Virus record (IMG/VR): IMGVR_UViG_2684622926_000002
Location: 8,159-72,158 of that record
Origin: a virus
Lineage: Duplodnaviria > Caudoviricetes
DNA length: 64,000 nt
Strand: one strand, 5' to 3'
Part shown: piece by piece, positions 50,870 to 61,325 of the stretch
How the letters are laid out: every line of letters starts with the position of its first letter
Position numbering within the stretch: position 1 is the first letter of the stretch
Notes under the pieces: generated by a model
Databases searched by the model: none
What the model saw: only the letters and a program-made list of their open reading frames with translations
Told to the model about the DNA's origin: nothing
Made by a program: the position numbers and the translations under genes

Positions 50870-51175
50870 GTTGGAAAAATAACATTGATATCCGATGCGT
50901 CTAATTTTTTTAGACTAATTCGATATAGTTTCCATTTTTTTAACATTGTTACATCTTTATCAGTCGCCTGGTCGAACTCTATTTTATCGATGAGTATATC
51001 TATTTCGTTGTTAGCTTCATTCAATAACGATTCTTTAATTTGCTGATTTTGAAAATTATTTGCTCGTCCGTAAACCCCATTGTTTCAGGATTAACAAGAA
51101 CTAATTTACCATTTTCACATTTTAACTCTTTCCCCTTTTTATTAGCTTTAATAGCCATTTCATCTGCCATATTAC
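50870..51175 (-). pseudogene. Tfa-like remnant (paralog of 29765-30097)
   Basis: EMAIKANKKGKELKCENGKL..DEQIIF, frameshifted; ..KKWKLYRISLKKLDASDINVIFPTKP. Confidence 0.82.
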
Positions 51176-51199
51176 ATATTAACTGTAGTTTCGGTTTTC

Positions 51200-51672
51200 T
51201 CTTTAAATACCTGAACACTCACGTGTTTACTTAACAATTCAAGATTCTTGACTTTGTCTGGTATTTTATTTTTTTCATAAGTGCTTCCGTGTCCCCAATT
51301 CCGATAATGGCAATATCTAAACCTGATAATGTGGTCCTCTATGTTCTCGGCCATTCTTTCATGGGGAGGAAATCACCTGAATGAGCGAGGATGTCCAAGA
51401 TGTCCATTTGGTCTATTTCAACTAATCGCTTTAGCACATAGTCAGCATCTATTTTGTTACGTTTATCGTGCTGTTGTTTAGGTTCTTAGATATAATTTTG
51501 AACTGAAGTTTTTTGAAGTAATTGGTAAGATAATTGTGCGGACGTCTTTTGACTATATCCTGCTGACTATATCCTGCTGACTATATCCTGCTCGGATTGC
51601 TGCTTGTGTCGTATTGAGATCTACTAAATAGCCACGACAAAACAGCTCATGTTTGTCGGTGAGCTTTGTCAT
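51200..51672 (-). pseudogene. Terminase small subunit pseudogene
   Basis: MTKLTDKHELFCRGYLVDLNTTQAAIRAGYS..IDADYVLKRLVEIDQMDILDIL; a 14-bp triplication at 51551-51592 and stop codons. Confidence 0.88.
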
Positions 51673-52022
51673 ATTTATACCTTTAGTTAATTTTTTAGAT
51701 AATAAAAAACCGCCAGACGGCGGTTCGGTGAATTAATTACTCATGCCTTATAACAAACAGAGCTTCAGCAAAAGTCGCTAACATAAACCTTTCGGGCTTA
51801 CTTTCTGCTTGGTCAATGATTCGTTGTAATTGCTCCTCTGCATCATCAGGAAGTGGCTCGGTATTAATCAGTTTAGTCGCTTGCTCAACTAATGAATCAA
51901 ACTTATTCATTTAATGCCCTTATCTAACGCATTATTCATTGGCCTGTAACCATTCAGATAGTTGACTTGGGTGACCTATTTTTTTCTTATCACCCTTTTT
52001 CATAATCTTTCCTTTAATTAAC

Positions 52023-54053
52023 TTAAATATACATGATTGCAGGTATTTTTCTTTCTCCTTCACCTAAACTAGGGTTATTTATAATTTTCCCTTTGTACCA
52101 CAATGATGCACTACCACCGCCATCAAGATTAAACGCATGAATGCAACCAAGATCTTTCATTTTTCTAGCTACTTGCTCCATTGTACAACCAGCAAATCCA
52201 GATTTACCATCAACAGCAAGCAAAATATAACTTCCATCTTTTTTCTGTCCTAAACACATTCTAGCGGATAAATATCCAACCCAACCATTATAATCTAACA
52301 ATTTATTTGGAACTGGATCATATACCTCACCATCTACAACAAGTGGGGCTCGAAATATTGCTGTTTGCCATGCGTTTTCAGCAATACTAGCTGAGGCAAT
52401 CATCAAAGGGTTATTGGAACTATAACTAGGTGTTGAAAAATCGCGACATGTTAAGCTATTGTATCTATCAATGACAAGCATGCTGCGTGCCCACCAAAAG
52501 TTTTCTGTTCCATATGTATCATATACAGTTCCATTGACGACGATATCACCAAGTTTTTTACTTGGAACATGCCAAGCACTGCTATTCCATGCTAAGGTTG
52601 CATTATCAATAGATTTCATCCAGTCAGATAGTGTTTTAAAATCGTTAGTATTAGCTGCTTGTTGTATTTTTCGATAATCATTGACTCGAAATTCAATAAG
52701 GTATGAGGTTGCCTCATTTAGATCTGAATCATGCTCTTTTATAATTGGCTCTGAAATATAATCATTGATTGACGGTTTAATAATATTTAATTTTTGTTCA
52801 TTATAAATATTTGTTACATCAGCAGAAGAATCATTTCTAATGGTTTTTATTTCTCCAGGGGCATAAAATTCATTGTTAAAGTATTGGCCATTTGTTACCT
52901 CTTTACTAAACCATAATAATCCTGTATTTGTTTGTGTAACGTCTGTGTAAAATTTATTATTAAAAACAGAAATACTATCAGTGTATTCAATTTTTATACC
53001 TGATGATAAACAATGAAAACTACAATCATGTATTCGCCAGAATTTACTTGGGTAGGTATTTCCTCTTGTTTGTGCATTTAAATTGGCATTACCAATAATA
53101 ATTGCATAACCTGTTTTAACAGCTCGATCAAATACACAATTGAATAAATCAACATTAACACATCCGGTTGCCCTAATATTACAAGCTTTTTCGTTAGAAG
53201 TTAGATTTGAATTGTGAACTTTTACATCAGTACATGCCTCTAATTTTATAGTATCTGTTATGGTACTGGCTGTAATATTATTAATCATAAGACCATTACA
53301 AAAGTATGCTCTAATCCCGCCATGCTTTAACATCTCCTTATCACGCAATGAACCTGTAATAACCAAATTATCTAAAATTATTTTAGATAATCTTGCGGTA
53401 CTCGTACCAATTAAAGATATACTAGAAGCGACACAATTTGCTATACGGGTATTGAGGATACGAATTTCACTAGCAGCAAATGACATTGTTGGTTCAATAT
53501 AAATCCCATTTAGGAACTCTTGAAATTCACAATTGTCGATTAATACGTGATTAGCATTTAGAACAGTTAATCCATTGAATGCTCGACTCTTAATCGAAGT
53601 AAATTTACAACAACGAATAGAATATCCACTTGTTATCGTCCGCGATTGACCAATTTGCAGGCTCGAATGTAAAAAATTCACACCGTTTAACGCAACCGGA
53701 GTATAGATTTGTTCATTATCTTTTGGCGCAAGTTTCACTACCAGATTATTAAATGTTACATTTGAAACATTCATTCTACGCCCAATATAAAAAACCACAT
53801 TAGGAGAAAGATCTCCATTGTCAGGAGCCTTAAAAGAAACAGCGCCTGTAGAAATAAATTCTCTTTTTAATTCAATATCTGACGAAATAGTATAAGTGCC
53901 GCTCGGGAATAATAAAATTCCACCATTTTTATACGTTTCATCAATTGCTTTAGTAATGGCTAAGGTGTCATCCTGTAGCCCATCCCCTACGGCTCCGAAC
54001 TCTTTAACTGAAAAAATATTTGATTTTTTATCATACTCTTGCGATGAATTCAT
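52023..54053 (-). CDS. Beta-helix (pectate-lyase-like) plus C-terminal phosphodiester glycosidase (NAGPA-like) protein; depolymerase-like
   Basis: SVKEFGAVGDGLQDDT..FPSGTY N-terminus; ARMCLGQ..LLAVDG..AFNLDGGGS C-terminus. Confidence 0.85.
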   Translation of the reverse strand: MNSSQEYDKKSNIFSVKEFGAVGDGLQDDTLAITKAIDETYKNGGILLFPSGTYTISSDIELKREFISTGAVSFKAPDNGDLSPNVVFYIGRRMNVSNVTFNNLVVKLAPKDNEQIYTPVALNGVNFLHSSLQIGQSRTITSGYSIRCCKFTSIKSRAFNGLTVLNANHVLIDNCEFQEFLNGIYIEPTMSFAASEIRILNTRIANCVASSISLIGTSTARLSKIILDNLVITGSLRDKEMLKHGGIRAYFCNGLMINNITASTITDTIKLEACTDVKVHNSNLTSNEKACNIRATGCVNVDLFNCVFDRAVKTGYAIIIGNANLNAQTRGNTYPSKFWRIHDCSFHCLSSGIKIEYTDSISVFNNKFYTDVTQTNTGLLWFSKEVTNGQYFNNEFYAPGEIKTIRNDSSADVTNIYNEQKLNIIKPSINDYISEPIIKEHDSDLNEATSYLIEFRVNDYRKIQQAANTNDFKTLSDWMKSIDNATLAWNSSAWHVPSKKLGDIVVNGTVYDTYGTENFWWARSMLVIDRYNSLTCRDFSTPSYSSNNPLMIASASIAENAWQTAIFRAPLVVDGEVYDPVPNKLLDYNGWVGYLSARMCLGQKKDGSYILLAVDGKSGFAGCTMEQVARKMKDLGCIHAFNLDGGGSASLWYKGKIINNPSLGEGERKIPAIMYI

Positions 54054-54064
54054 TTAATTATCTC

Positions 54065-54470
54065 CTTAATAGCCTTTTTAATTTGATTACACATTTCAAT
54101 AACATTGAATAAATGCTCCTTGTATCTGATGCTATCGCCGAACGTCATTTTTTGTGGCGGTAAATTTGCTATGCAATTACTGAGCAGATTTGCTGGAATT
54201 GGCTGATTCACGTAGACTTTTCACTTGGTTGTACAGGCTACCAGAGATAGACATAGGCACGAACTGACTAGCACAGTCATTATTTTTGAGTTGTTCTTGG
54301 ATCTGCTCCTGACGTGAAATAGATTGATTTTCTAGCTCACGTTTTGATTGTTCGTAGCGGCAATAATCTGATTATTTCACTCGATAGTTTGCTGTAATTG
54401 TTGCATCTGTGGAGATAATTCAGTCATTTTCTGTTTTGCAGTTTGTTCATCTTCAAAACATTGATAAGCT
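54065..54470 (-). pseudogene. Second, broken Rz/Rz1 copy
   Basis: Near-identical to 45290-45715 with indels and a TGA in Rz1. Confidence 0.88.
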
Positions 54471-54552
54471 CGCCGGCATTCTATAGTAGTTTAAATTTTA
54501 GGTAACCTATTAAATAACCTTAAAAAAATGATTGTAGATTTAAAAAATCAAG

Positions 54553-54750
54553 GTGAATAACATGGCACTAACAAGAGTTCAAATTAATCAAAAAAGTGAC
54601 GAAAAGCGAGGAGTTAAAACAAAAGGTTTTAAATTAAATATAAACGATATAGCAATGATTAAACAAACTGCTATAGATTTAAATATGTCGGAAGCAAAGC
54701 TAGTAGTAGAAGCTATTAAGTTCTATAAAGACAATAAAAAAGCCTCATAA
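54553..54750 (+). CDS. Small ribbon-helix-helix-like phage protein (copy 2)
   Basis: Paralog of 47708-47905. Confidence 0.65.
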   Translation: MNNMALTRVQINQKSDEKRGVKTKGFKLNINDIAMIKQTAIDLNMSEAKLVVEAIKFYKDNKKAS

Positions 54751-54963
54751 GAGGCCTTCTTGGTAATTCAATATTGAACGTTGTTCTTGTAGAGTGATTT
54801 CATTTAGATGTTTTCTTGGGTTACCACACATCCAACAAGAACAAGCTGCGGGTGTTACTACATGCCTTTTTAGAGCCTTTCTTGAAGTAGCACCATAAAA
54901 GTCATTCTTTCTATTATCTAAACATCGTTTAATCTGATGTCGTCTATATGCTCTTGTTCTCAT
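54745..54963 (-). CDS. Small conserved phage protein (copy 2)
   Basis: Paralog of 47900-48118. Confidence 0.65.
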   Translation of the reverse strand: MRTRAYRRHQIKRCLDNRKNDFYGATSRKALKRHVVTPAACSCWMCGNPRKHLNEITLQEQRSILNYQEGLL

Positions 54964-55078
54964 ATTTTTCTAATTAACTAGCAAGTTAGATAATAAAAAA
55001 GCTCTTTTTCAGAGCTTTATATACAACTATTCCATTCTGTGTACTTTATACCACACCTCTCTTAAGAAATCAATTTTT

Positions 55079-55696
55079 TTATAAAAATTTATTTTTCAAC
55101 ATCTCTAATTCAATCCCGGAACTGCTTTTTATTGCGGCAAAATACCCTGTTAAAAAATCCTCACCACTTTTTTTCAGTTTATCAATTGCATTCCAATTGG
55201 TTTTAAATCTTTTGGCAATATCAACAATCGATAATGGTTTAACCATGTAGAGTTTCTCCTCTCTGATACCTCGGGCAATTTTTTTAGAATTTGGCAAATC
55301 ATGAAAACCTTGCGCTTGTCTTTTCCATTCCTCTTTAACACAGCCATCCACAGCTATATAGTCAGTAACCTCTTGTTTTTCACCCCAATAATAGAGTATC
55401 AAGGTATTATATATATCTTTGGATTGAGGTATGTTCAAAGATAAGATAGCCAAAAGTGCATCGTTAATTAGCATTGCATCATTATCAGAACAGACTTCTT
55501 TAAGTTTTTTTGGCTGTGAATGGTAATATAATAGTGTATTTTGTTTTAAATAAAGGTTTTTTCTTGACCAATTGCCAAAACGCATACATACATCAGTAAT
55601 ATCATAATCAGCTTTAAATCTCACTTTTGCGATCGACTTATCCGCTGTTTTTGGTTTTTCATCTTCTTTATATTTATACTCTGTCACTATTTTCAC
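55079..55696 (-). CDS. Late antiterminator Q
   Basis: DITDVCMRFGNW..CSDNDAMLIN..LILYY..SIVDIAKRF..GEDFLTG; lies upstream of the lysis region. Confidence 0.8.
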   Translation of the reverse strand: MKIVTEYKYKEDEKPKTADKSIAKVRFKADYDITDVCMRFGNWSRKNLYLKQNTLLYYHSQPKKLKEVCSDNDAMLINDALLAILSLNIPQSKDIYNTLILYYWGEKQEVTDYIAVDGCVKEEWKRQAQGFHDLPNSKKIARGIREEKLYMVKPLSIVDIAKRFKTNWNAIDKLKKSGEDFLTGYFAAIKSSSGIELEMLKNKFL

Positions 55697-56097
55697 CCTT
55701 AAAATTTTTCAAGTTCCTGACACTACTCTGTTTTTAATTCGATATTTAGTTCGCTTTTTAATTACTAGGAACGTAAATGGTTAAATATCAGCGATGATTG
55801 CTATTGTTACTCTTACGTCAGCTGTTCAATGTCCTTTTACTGCTGCGGATCAATCACCCCCACCTTTATTAATCACCATAAAATCAATAAATTATGCCTC
55901 CCTGTCAGCTTAAATGATTTTTAATTTCACAAACTTAAACCGTTATTCCATTTGCTCGCTGTGACTTTTTTAAATATTGGGAAAACTGGAAATCAATTCC
56001 GAGCATCCTCCCTGGCTATATTTGCTTCTCGCATAGTGGATGTCTTGGCAGAGATCACGCTATTTTGTTTAGTAGGCGATTCTGACCTGAGCGGTGA

Positions 56098-57504
56098 TTA
56101 ACTAGCTCTGGCATATTTACGCTCTTTTTTTACTGGCTCAGGGTTTGATTGTGCGTATGCTTCAGCTTGATTTATCTCATAAATTCGAGCATGTTTAATT
56201 CCAGCATATACAGTAAAATTACCGATACCATGGCGATTCAACGCCACGATGATCTCCATTAGGTTTTTATTTGCCAGATCGTTGTAAACCGAATCACGAT
56301 AAATACCGAGCCAATAATCACAATCCTGTTCAATTTGTCCGGTATCTCGGCTATCGCTTGGTACAGGTCGTTTATCGGCTCGCGATTCAAGATTACGGTT
56401 TAGTTGTGTTAATAAAACAACTACACAATTTAATTCTTTAGCCAGCGCTTTAAGCCCTTTAGTTATCGCGGCATAAGCTAAATCATTACGTTGTTCATCA
56501 CCTTTCTCTTTATCCATCAGCGTGAGGTAATCCACCATGATCATGCCAATCTGTCCTTTAGCTTTTGCTATTCTTCTTGATTCAGATCGAATGTGTGATA
56601 GCGTAATTGCCGGTGTATCATCAATATAAATATTATCCGTATCAGTTAACGCTTTAAGATGACCTATAACTCGAGCAAACTCTTTATTAGTAGCTAAACC
56701 ATCGTCATAAAAAATATCGCTATTTACACCAGATTCCTGTGCCAAAATGTTTTCGAGCATTTGTTCGTCTTGCATTTCAAGTGAGAACATAAGTACAGGT
56801 AACTTTTCAATCATCGCACAATGGCGAGCCATATTGATTTCAAACGTGGTTTTACCCATTTTAGGACGAGCACCTACAACCAATAGTGAACCTCTTAATA
56901 ATCCTTTTGGCGCAAGTTTTTCGTCTAATGCTTTAATCCCAGTTGACAAGCCTCTGGCGTTATCCGAATTAACCAATCGTTTTTCCAGTGTCGCTTTCCA
57001 TTTTTCACCAATACTTGTGAGTGATTTAAGCCCTAGCGTTTTACCGGTTTTGTTATAGTCGTCAATTTGCGTAAATAACAATTGAATGGCTGATAACTTC
57101 TCGTTAGTTGATAAATTGGATTTTTCAAAAATCATTGCGCTGCAATCATTTAATTTTTTTAAAGTGTAACGTTCGACCGCTTTATCACGAACAATTCCAG
57201 CATAGGCGATAACATTTACCATTGATGGGGTGTTTTTCGCTAGCTCTGCCAAATAAGCGAAACCACCACATTCTTTCAAGGTGCCTTTGGCCTCCATACT
57301 GTCTGATACGGTAATTAGATCAACAGGATGATTCTTTCTGTTTAGTTCGATAATCTGATTAAAAATTATCTGATGATGCCTACTATAGAATGAATCTACT
57401 TTTAACTGGCGGATCGCCTTTTGGCAGCGTTCTGAATCGAAGTCCAACATCATCGTACCTAGTACTGCTTGCTCTGCGACTAAATCGTGAGGAGTAATAT
57501 TCAT
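56098..57504 (-). CDS. dnaB: Phage replicative DNA helicase (DnaB-like, P22 gp12-type)
   Basis: AEQAVLG, Walker A GARPKMGKTT, MVDYLTL, QLNR, DSRDTGQIEQDCD. Confidence 0.95.
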   Translation of the reverse strand: MNITPHDLVAEQAVLGTMMLDFDSERCQKAIRQLKVDSFYSRHHQIIFNQIIELNRKNHPVDLITVSDSMEAKGTLKECGGFAYLAELAKNTPSMVNVIAYAGIVRDKAVERYTLKKLNDCSAMIFEKSNLSTNEKLSAIQLLFTQIDDYNKTGKTLGLKSLTSIGEKWKATLEKRLVNSDNARGLSTGIKALDEKLAPKGLLRGSLLVVGARPKMGKTTFEINMARHCAMIEKLPVLMFSLEMQDEQMLENILAQESGVNSDIFYDDGLATNKEFARVIGHLKALTDTDNIYIDDTPAITLSHIRSESRRIAKAKGQIGMIMVDYLTLMDKEKGDEQRNDLAYAAITKGLKALAKELNCVVVLLTQLNRNLESRADKRPVPSDSRDTGQIEQDCDYWLGIYRDSVYNDLANKNLMEIIVALNRHGIGNFTVYAGIKHARIYEINQAEAYAQSNPEPVKKERKYARAS

Positions 57505-58277
57505 AACGAGCCCTCGATAAATTTTAAATATGTCGTTGTTTTTACAATGTAATCAAAATCAGCACGCCATCCTCTATCATTTTCACCAAAATAAAAACGG
57601 TTGGCTTTTTCAGCGAAGTCATAAAAATAATTTGCTAGGTTCTGAAAAGTCGGAGCATCAAATTCTTTGAGTAATTTTTTAACGGCGTTTTTTCTTGCTG
57701 TGGTCATTTTTACAACTTTAGGTAATTTATCTTCCACTGCGTCGTTATATGCATCAATAATTAGATCAAAATCAATAATATGGTTCTTTTTAGGATTACG
57801 CTTGTCATCGCAAGATGACCTGTTATTATTTGTAGTAATTTCTGTAGTAATCTCTTGATCTAACGAACTTGATTTTGTCGCCATCACGGCATCTACAATG
57901 TTGAGTTCGGGTTGCATACTTTTTATATCCCGTGATAACTCAATCATAGATTTGGCGAAATCACTTAAAACTTTATTCACTGTTTCATTATCAATTTTGT
58001 AATACGTTTTATGGACCAAGCGCTTTTCAGTGACAATTAACACACCTCTATCACTAAGTTTTTTTATTGCCGTTCGCTGTTCGTTATGGCTTAGACCGGT
58101 TTCATCTTCTAATTCATCACGCGTTTTATATACACCTAACTCAGAAGTTGCTTTATCCTGCCAATAAAATAATTGTGAAAATAGAATGGCAGAACTAACT
58201 CCGCCTAAAGGTTTAGCTAACTTGGGATAATAGGCAATGGGTTTGCCCATGGTTAGAAGATACTCTGTTGCTTTCAA
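57501..58277 (-). CDS. Phage replication initiator (O-like)
   Basis: Winged-helix N-terminus (LFSQLFYWQ..YKTRDELEDETGLS) and GWRADFDY C-terminus. Confidence 0.88.
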   Translation of the reverse strand: MKATEYLLTMGKPIAYYPKLAKPLGGVSSAILFSQLFYWQDKATSELGVYKTRDELEDETGLSHNEQRTAIKKLSDRGVLIVTEKRLVHKTYYKIDNETVNKVLSDFAKSMIELSRDIKSMQPELNIVDAVMATKSSSLDQEITTEITTNNNRSSCDDKRNPKKNHIIDFDLIIDAYNDAVEDKLPKVVKMTTARKNAVKKLLKEFDAPTFQNLANYFYDFAEKANRFYFGENDRGWRADFDYIVKTTTYLKFIEGSL

Positions 58278-58499
58278 TTTACACCTCTCATCGAATACTT
58301 AGCGTATTGAACACCGTTTTCGCCAATCAAACGGCTATTAAGTTAAATCCAGTTTTTTAAGGTCGTAAAAACGAACGCCTTATCCTCAGCAAACGCAGAA
58401 ATTCAATAACTGATTGGATTAATAATTCTGCGCTGCAAATGAGTTAACAGCCGTTTGTACTGATTTTGTATATTAGGTTTTTAACGTATTTTTGCTTGC

Positions 58500-58703
58500 C
58501 TAATGCTCAGCAGTTCCGTAATACAACCACTCAACCGAGCAATTCAGCGCTTTAGCTATCTCTACAATATTTCTTGGCTTTTCAATATGTCCAGCTTCTA
58601 AATCACTAATTGACTGTTGTTTCATTCCGACTAATTCAGCCAATGAGGCTTGGCTAATATTAAGTTCGATGCGTTTATTTTTAACTCGTTCCCCTATTGT
58701 CAT
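58500..58703 (-). CDS. cro: Cro-like HTH regulator
   Basis: ISQASLAELVGMKQQSISDLEAG; divergent from cI. Confidence 0.9.
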   Translation of the reverse strand: MTIGERVKNKRIELNISQASLAELVGMKQQSISDLEAGHIEKPRNIVEIAKALNCSVEWLYYGTAEH

Positions 58704-58722
58704 TTGGACCTCAATATATTTT

Positions 58723-58781
58723 ACAGTTATAACTGTATTAAATAACAGTTTATTCTGTTTGTCAATTACAGATTTATCTGT
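58723..58781. promoter_or_regulatory. OR: three 14-bp operators ACAG-N6-CTGT
   Basis: acagttataactgt (58723), acagtttattctgt (58745) and acagatttatctgt (58768), spaced 22-23 bp. Confidence 0.88.
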
Positions 58782-58815
58782 ATTATTTTAATAATCATCA
58801 AAGAGGATTTTTAAA

Positions 58816-59460
58816 ATGAACAATCTCGGTCAAAGAATTAGAGCCAGACGCGAAGAATTGGGATTAACTCAAGAACAAGTTGCGCAACAAGTAGGAATTA
58901 AACAACAATCCTATCAAGCTATAGAAAGTGGTAGTGTTAAAAAACCTCGCCATTTATACGAAATTTCAGTCGCTTTACAATGTGATATGGCGTGGCTATT
59001 AAGCGGTAAAGATAAAGATGTAAAAAATGTAGAAGTTATAGACTTTAAAACTTATCAAGTTCCATTAATAAGCTATGTACAGGCAGGATTATGGACAGAG
59101 TCATGTGAACTTAGAGATTCAACTGGATTTGAGTATATTATGACATCATTAGAATTATCAGATGAAGCATTTGCATTAAAGATTAAAGGCGATTCAATGG
59201 AACCTGAGTTTAAAGAAGGTGATGTGGTTATTATTGATCCTGCTATTAAACCAATGCCAGGTGAATTTGTTGTAGCGGTAAATGGTGAAGAGGACGCTAC
59301 GTTTAAAAAATATCGGGAATTAGGACATGATGAACACGAAAGAATGCAATTCGAGCTTATCCCGCTTAATCCTGACTACACAACGATGAGTTCGTTAAAA
59401 CAACAGATTAGAGTAATTGGTACTATGGTTGAGCATCGGATATTTAGAAGGAAAAGGTAA
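58816..59460 (+). CDS. cI: CI-like repressor with S24 autoprotease domain
   Basis: HTH; VQAG cleavage site; GDSMEP serine and TFKK lysine intact. Confidence 0.96.
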   Translation: MNNLGQRIRARREELGLTQEQVAQQVGIKQQSYQAIESGSVKKPRHLYEISVALQCDMAWLLSGKDKDVKNVEVIDFKTYQVPLISYVQAGLWTESCELRDSTGFEYIMTSLELSDEAFALKIKGDSMEPEFKEGDVVIIDPAIKPMPGEFVVAVNGEEDATFKKYRELGHDEHERMQFELIPLNPDYTTMSSLKQQIRVIGTMVEHRIFRRKR

Positions 59461-59577
59461 CAAGTTTAAATTGTAAGTTAAACAATTTGATTATGATGTG
59501 AATTATGCATAAATAACTGCTATGGTGGCCATTAAAAAATAACAATTCAAATTCAGCTGCATAAGGAATAATATTTA

Positions 59578-60339
59578 ATGACAGATAACATGGTTAAGAT
59601 AGGAAGAATCATTAGTGATTCAGAACCAATCGGAGAAGGAATAAACGATTCTTTTAGATGTGTTGCTTGCTGTGGTGATGAAGAATATCCTGTAATTGCT
59701 AAATATTTAAAAACTATTGAAATTATTAAAGAGTTAATATGTTCAATTTTAGGCAGAACACTAAATCTACCTATTCCTGAACCAATCTTGTTATTAGATA
59801 GTAAAGATGTTTTATGCTTTGGTTCCATTGATATCGGTTACCCTAATCTTTATCATTTTTTGAATTCCAAAGATCCCTTTTATTTAGAATTTCATTCAGT
59901 AATAAAAAACTGGGATGATATTGAAAGCGCTGCATTTTTTGATGAATTTATCATAAATGCTGATAGGCATTCAGGAAATTTATTATTTAATGGTAAAAAT
60001 ATAATGATGATTGATCATGGTCTATCAATTCCATCAGATGAGGTTAATCCAGAATTCTCGGATAATTGGAATAATATATTATTCAAACATCTCCTTTGTA
60101 ACTTTGTTGGACTAAACTGTAATCATCAATTAGACAAAAATGAATTATGTAACAGACTTAACAATTGGTGCAAAGAGATTACAGGCAATGCACTTATAGA
60201 TAAAGTTGCGGATAAAATACCTCTTGATGAATCAAGAAAAAGTGAGTTATTATCGTTTCTCAAGAAACGAAGTAAATTTATTGCCAATATAATAAATAAT
60301 AAAATCACTCCACCTCAGATGGATTTTGTAAATGATTGA
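59578..60339 (+). CDS. HipA-like / PI3K-fold Ser/Thr kinase
   Basis: GEGINDS, IAKY, ELICSILGRTLNLPIPE, NADRHSGNLL, IDHG. Confidence 0.85.
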   Translation: MTDNMVKIGRIISDSEPIGEGINDSFRCVACCGDEEYPVIAKYLKTIEIIKELICSILGRTLNLPIPEPILLLDSKDVLCFGSIDIGYPNLYHFLNSKDPFYLEFHSVIKNWDDIESAAFFDEFIINADRHSGNLLFNGKNIMMIDHGLSIPSDEVNPEFSDNWNNILFKHLLCNFVGLNCNHQLDKNELCNRLNNWCKEITGNALIDKVADKIPLDESRKSELLSFLKKRSKFIANIINNKITPPQMDFVND

Positions 60340-61207
60340 TAGTATAAAATTATTATCTACATTACCCAAACTACCTAGCTATAAAGCTGCATGGGCGCCT
60401 ATTTATTTTGAACCTATTATGGGTTCTGGTGAAAGATTGACTGTTGCTGTAGTTGCAATTGCCGAAAATGGTGAATTTAAAATAAATCAATCAATACGAC
60501 AAGATGTTGTAAAGGCAATGTATGGCAGTAAATCAGAACAATTTAATTCATTGATTGAGTTGATAATATCGAATCTTACGCTACATTTAAGTAAAATTAA
60601 AAATTTAGAGAATTGGTGTCCTCCAATGCAAGGCGTAACTTTAGGTAAAATAAAACAAACTTACTCTACAGATATAACTGGAGTTCTTAGACAAGCTGTA
60701 ATGCTATCTGCTAGCATGTCATCATTAGACTTCTACTCAAATGATGAAGAAAACGAACAATATTCGTCAGATAACACATGGTCAAAATTGGTAAAAGATG
60801 CAGTTCTAGTTAAACACGCACATTTTTCTCATTACTTTAATCAACAATTTAAAGTAACAAAAGAAGCCAGAGCTGCAAAAATCTTTTTCTTGAGCGACCG
60901 CTCAGCCATCAACACTGAAAGATTACGACCAAGTAATATTTCTACTGATTTAGATAAAAGTAAAGCTAGATTACTAGATCTATTTGCCGTAAAAGATCAT
61001 GAAGATTTCTTTCAAAGACAAACTCATGAACTCATTGTTTACAGACCTTATGATGATGAACCCATATACAGTAAACCGCAAATAAAAAGAATGAAAGACG
61101 CTTTTTTAACTCTTGAAGAGATAGGAGATAAACACTCAATTATCGTTACCTCTGTTCATACTGTTCAAGAAGCATTAAAAAGAATAGTGGGTGCCGAATT
61201 AAATTAA
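60332..61207 (+). CDS. Kinase partner protein (DUF3037-like N-terminus)
   Basis: Overlaps the kinase stop; IYFEPIMGSGERLTVAV motif. Confidence 0.6.
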   Translation: MIDSIKLLSTLPKLPSYKAAWAPIYFEPIMGSGERLTVAVVAIAENGEFKINQSIRQDVVKAMYGSKSEQFNSLIELIISNLTLHLSKIKNLENWCPPMQGVTLGKIKQTYSTDITGVLRQAVMLSASMSSLDFYSNDEENEQYSSDNTWSKLVKDAVLVKHAHFSHYFNQQFKVTKEARAAKIFFLSDRSAINTERLRPSNISTDLDKSKARLLDLFAVKDHEDFFQRQTHELIVYRPYDDEPIYSKPQIKRMKDAFLTLEEIGDKHSIIVTSVHTVQEALKRIVGAELN

Positions 61208-61325
61208 ATAGAAAATGAAAAAATTTTCAAATAGCTCTTTGTAGAGCTTTTTTTATCTTTACAAAATACAAAAAAACCAACATCTAATCAAAAAAACACC
61301 TCACCCAATAAAATACAGTTTTAAT

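Larger units (their letters stand above)
54527..55429. repeat. ~900 bp direct repeat, copy 2
   Basis: See 47682-48581. Confidence 0.92.

Noticed and set aside
50690-50870. Possible antirepressor remnant (DNIRQH..K motif)
   Set aside because: Too short and degenerate to call.
30137-57858. Numerous antisense or overlapping ORFs within phage genes (e.g. 30137, 30992, 33115, 34628, 40608, 48559, 56747, 57667)
   Set aside because: They are shadows of well-supported genes on the other strand or frame.
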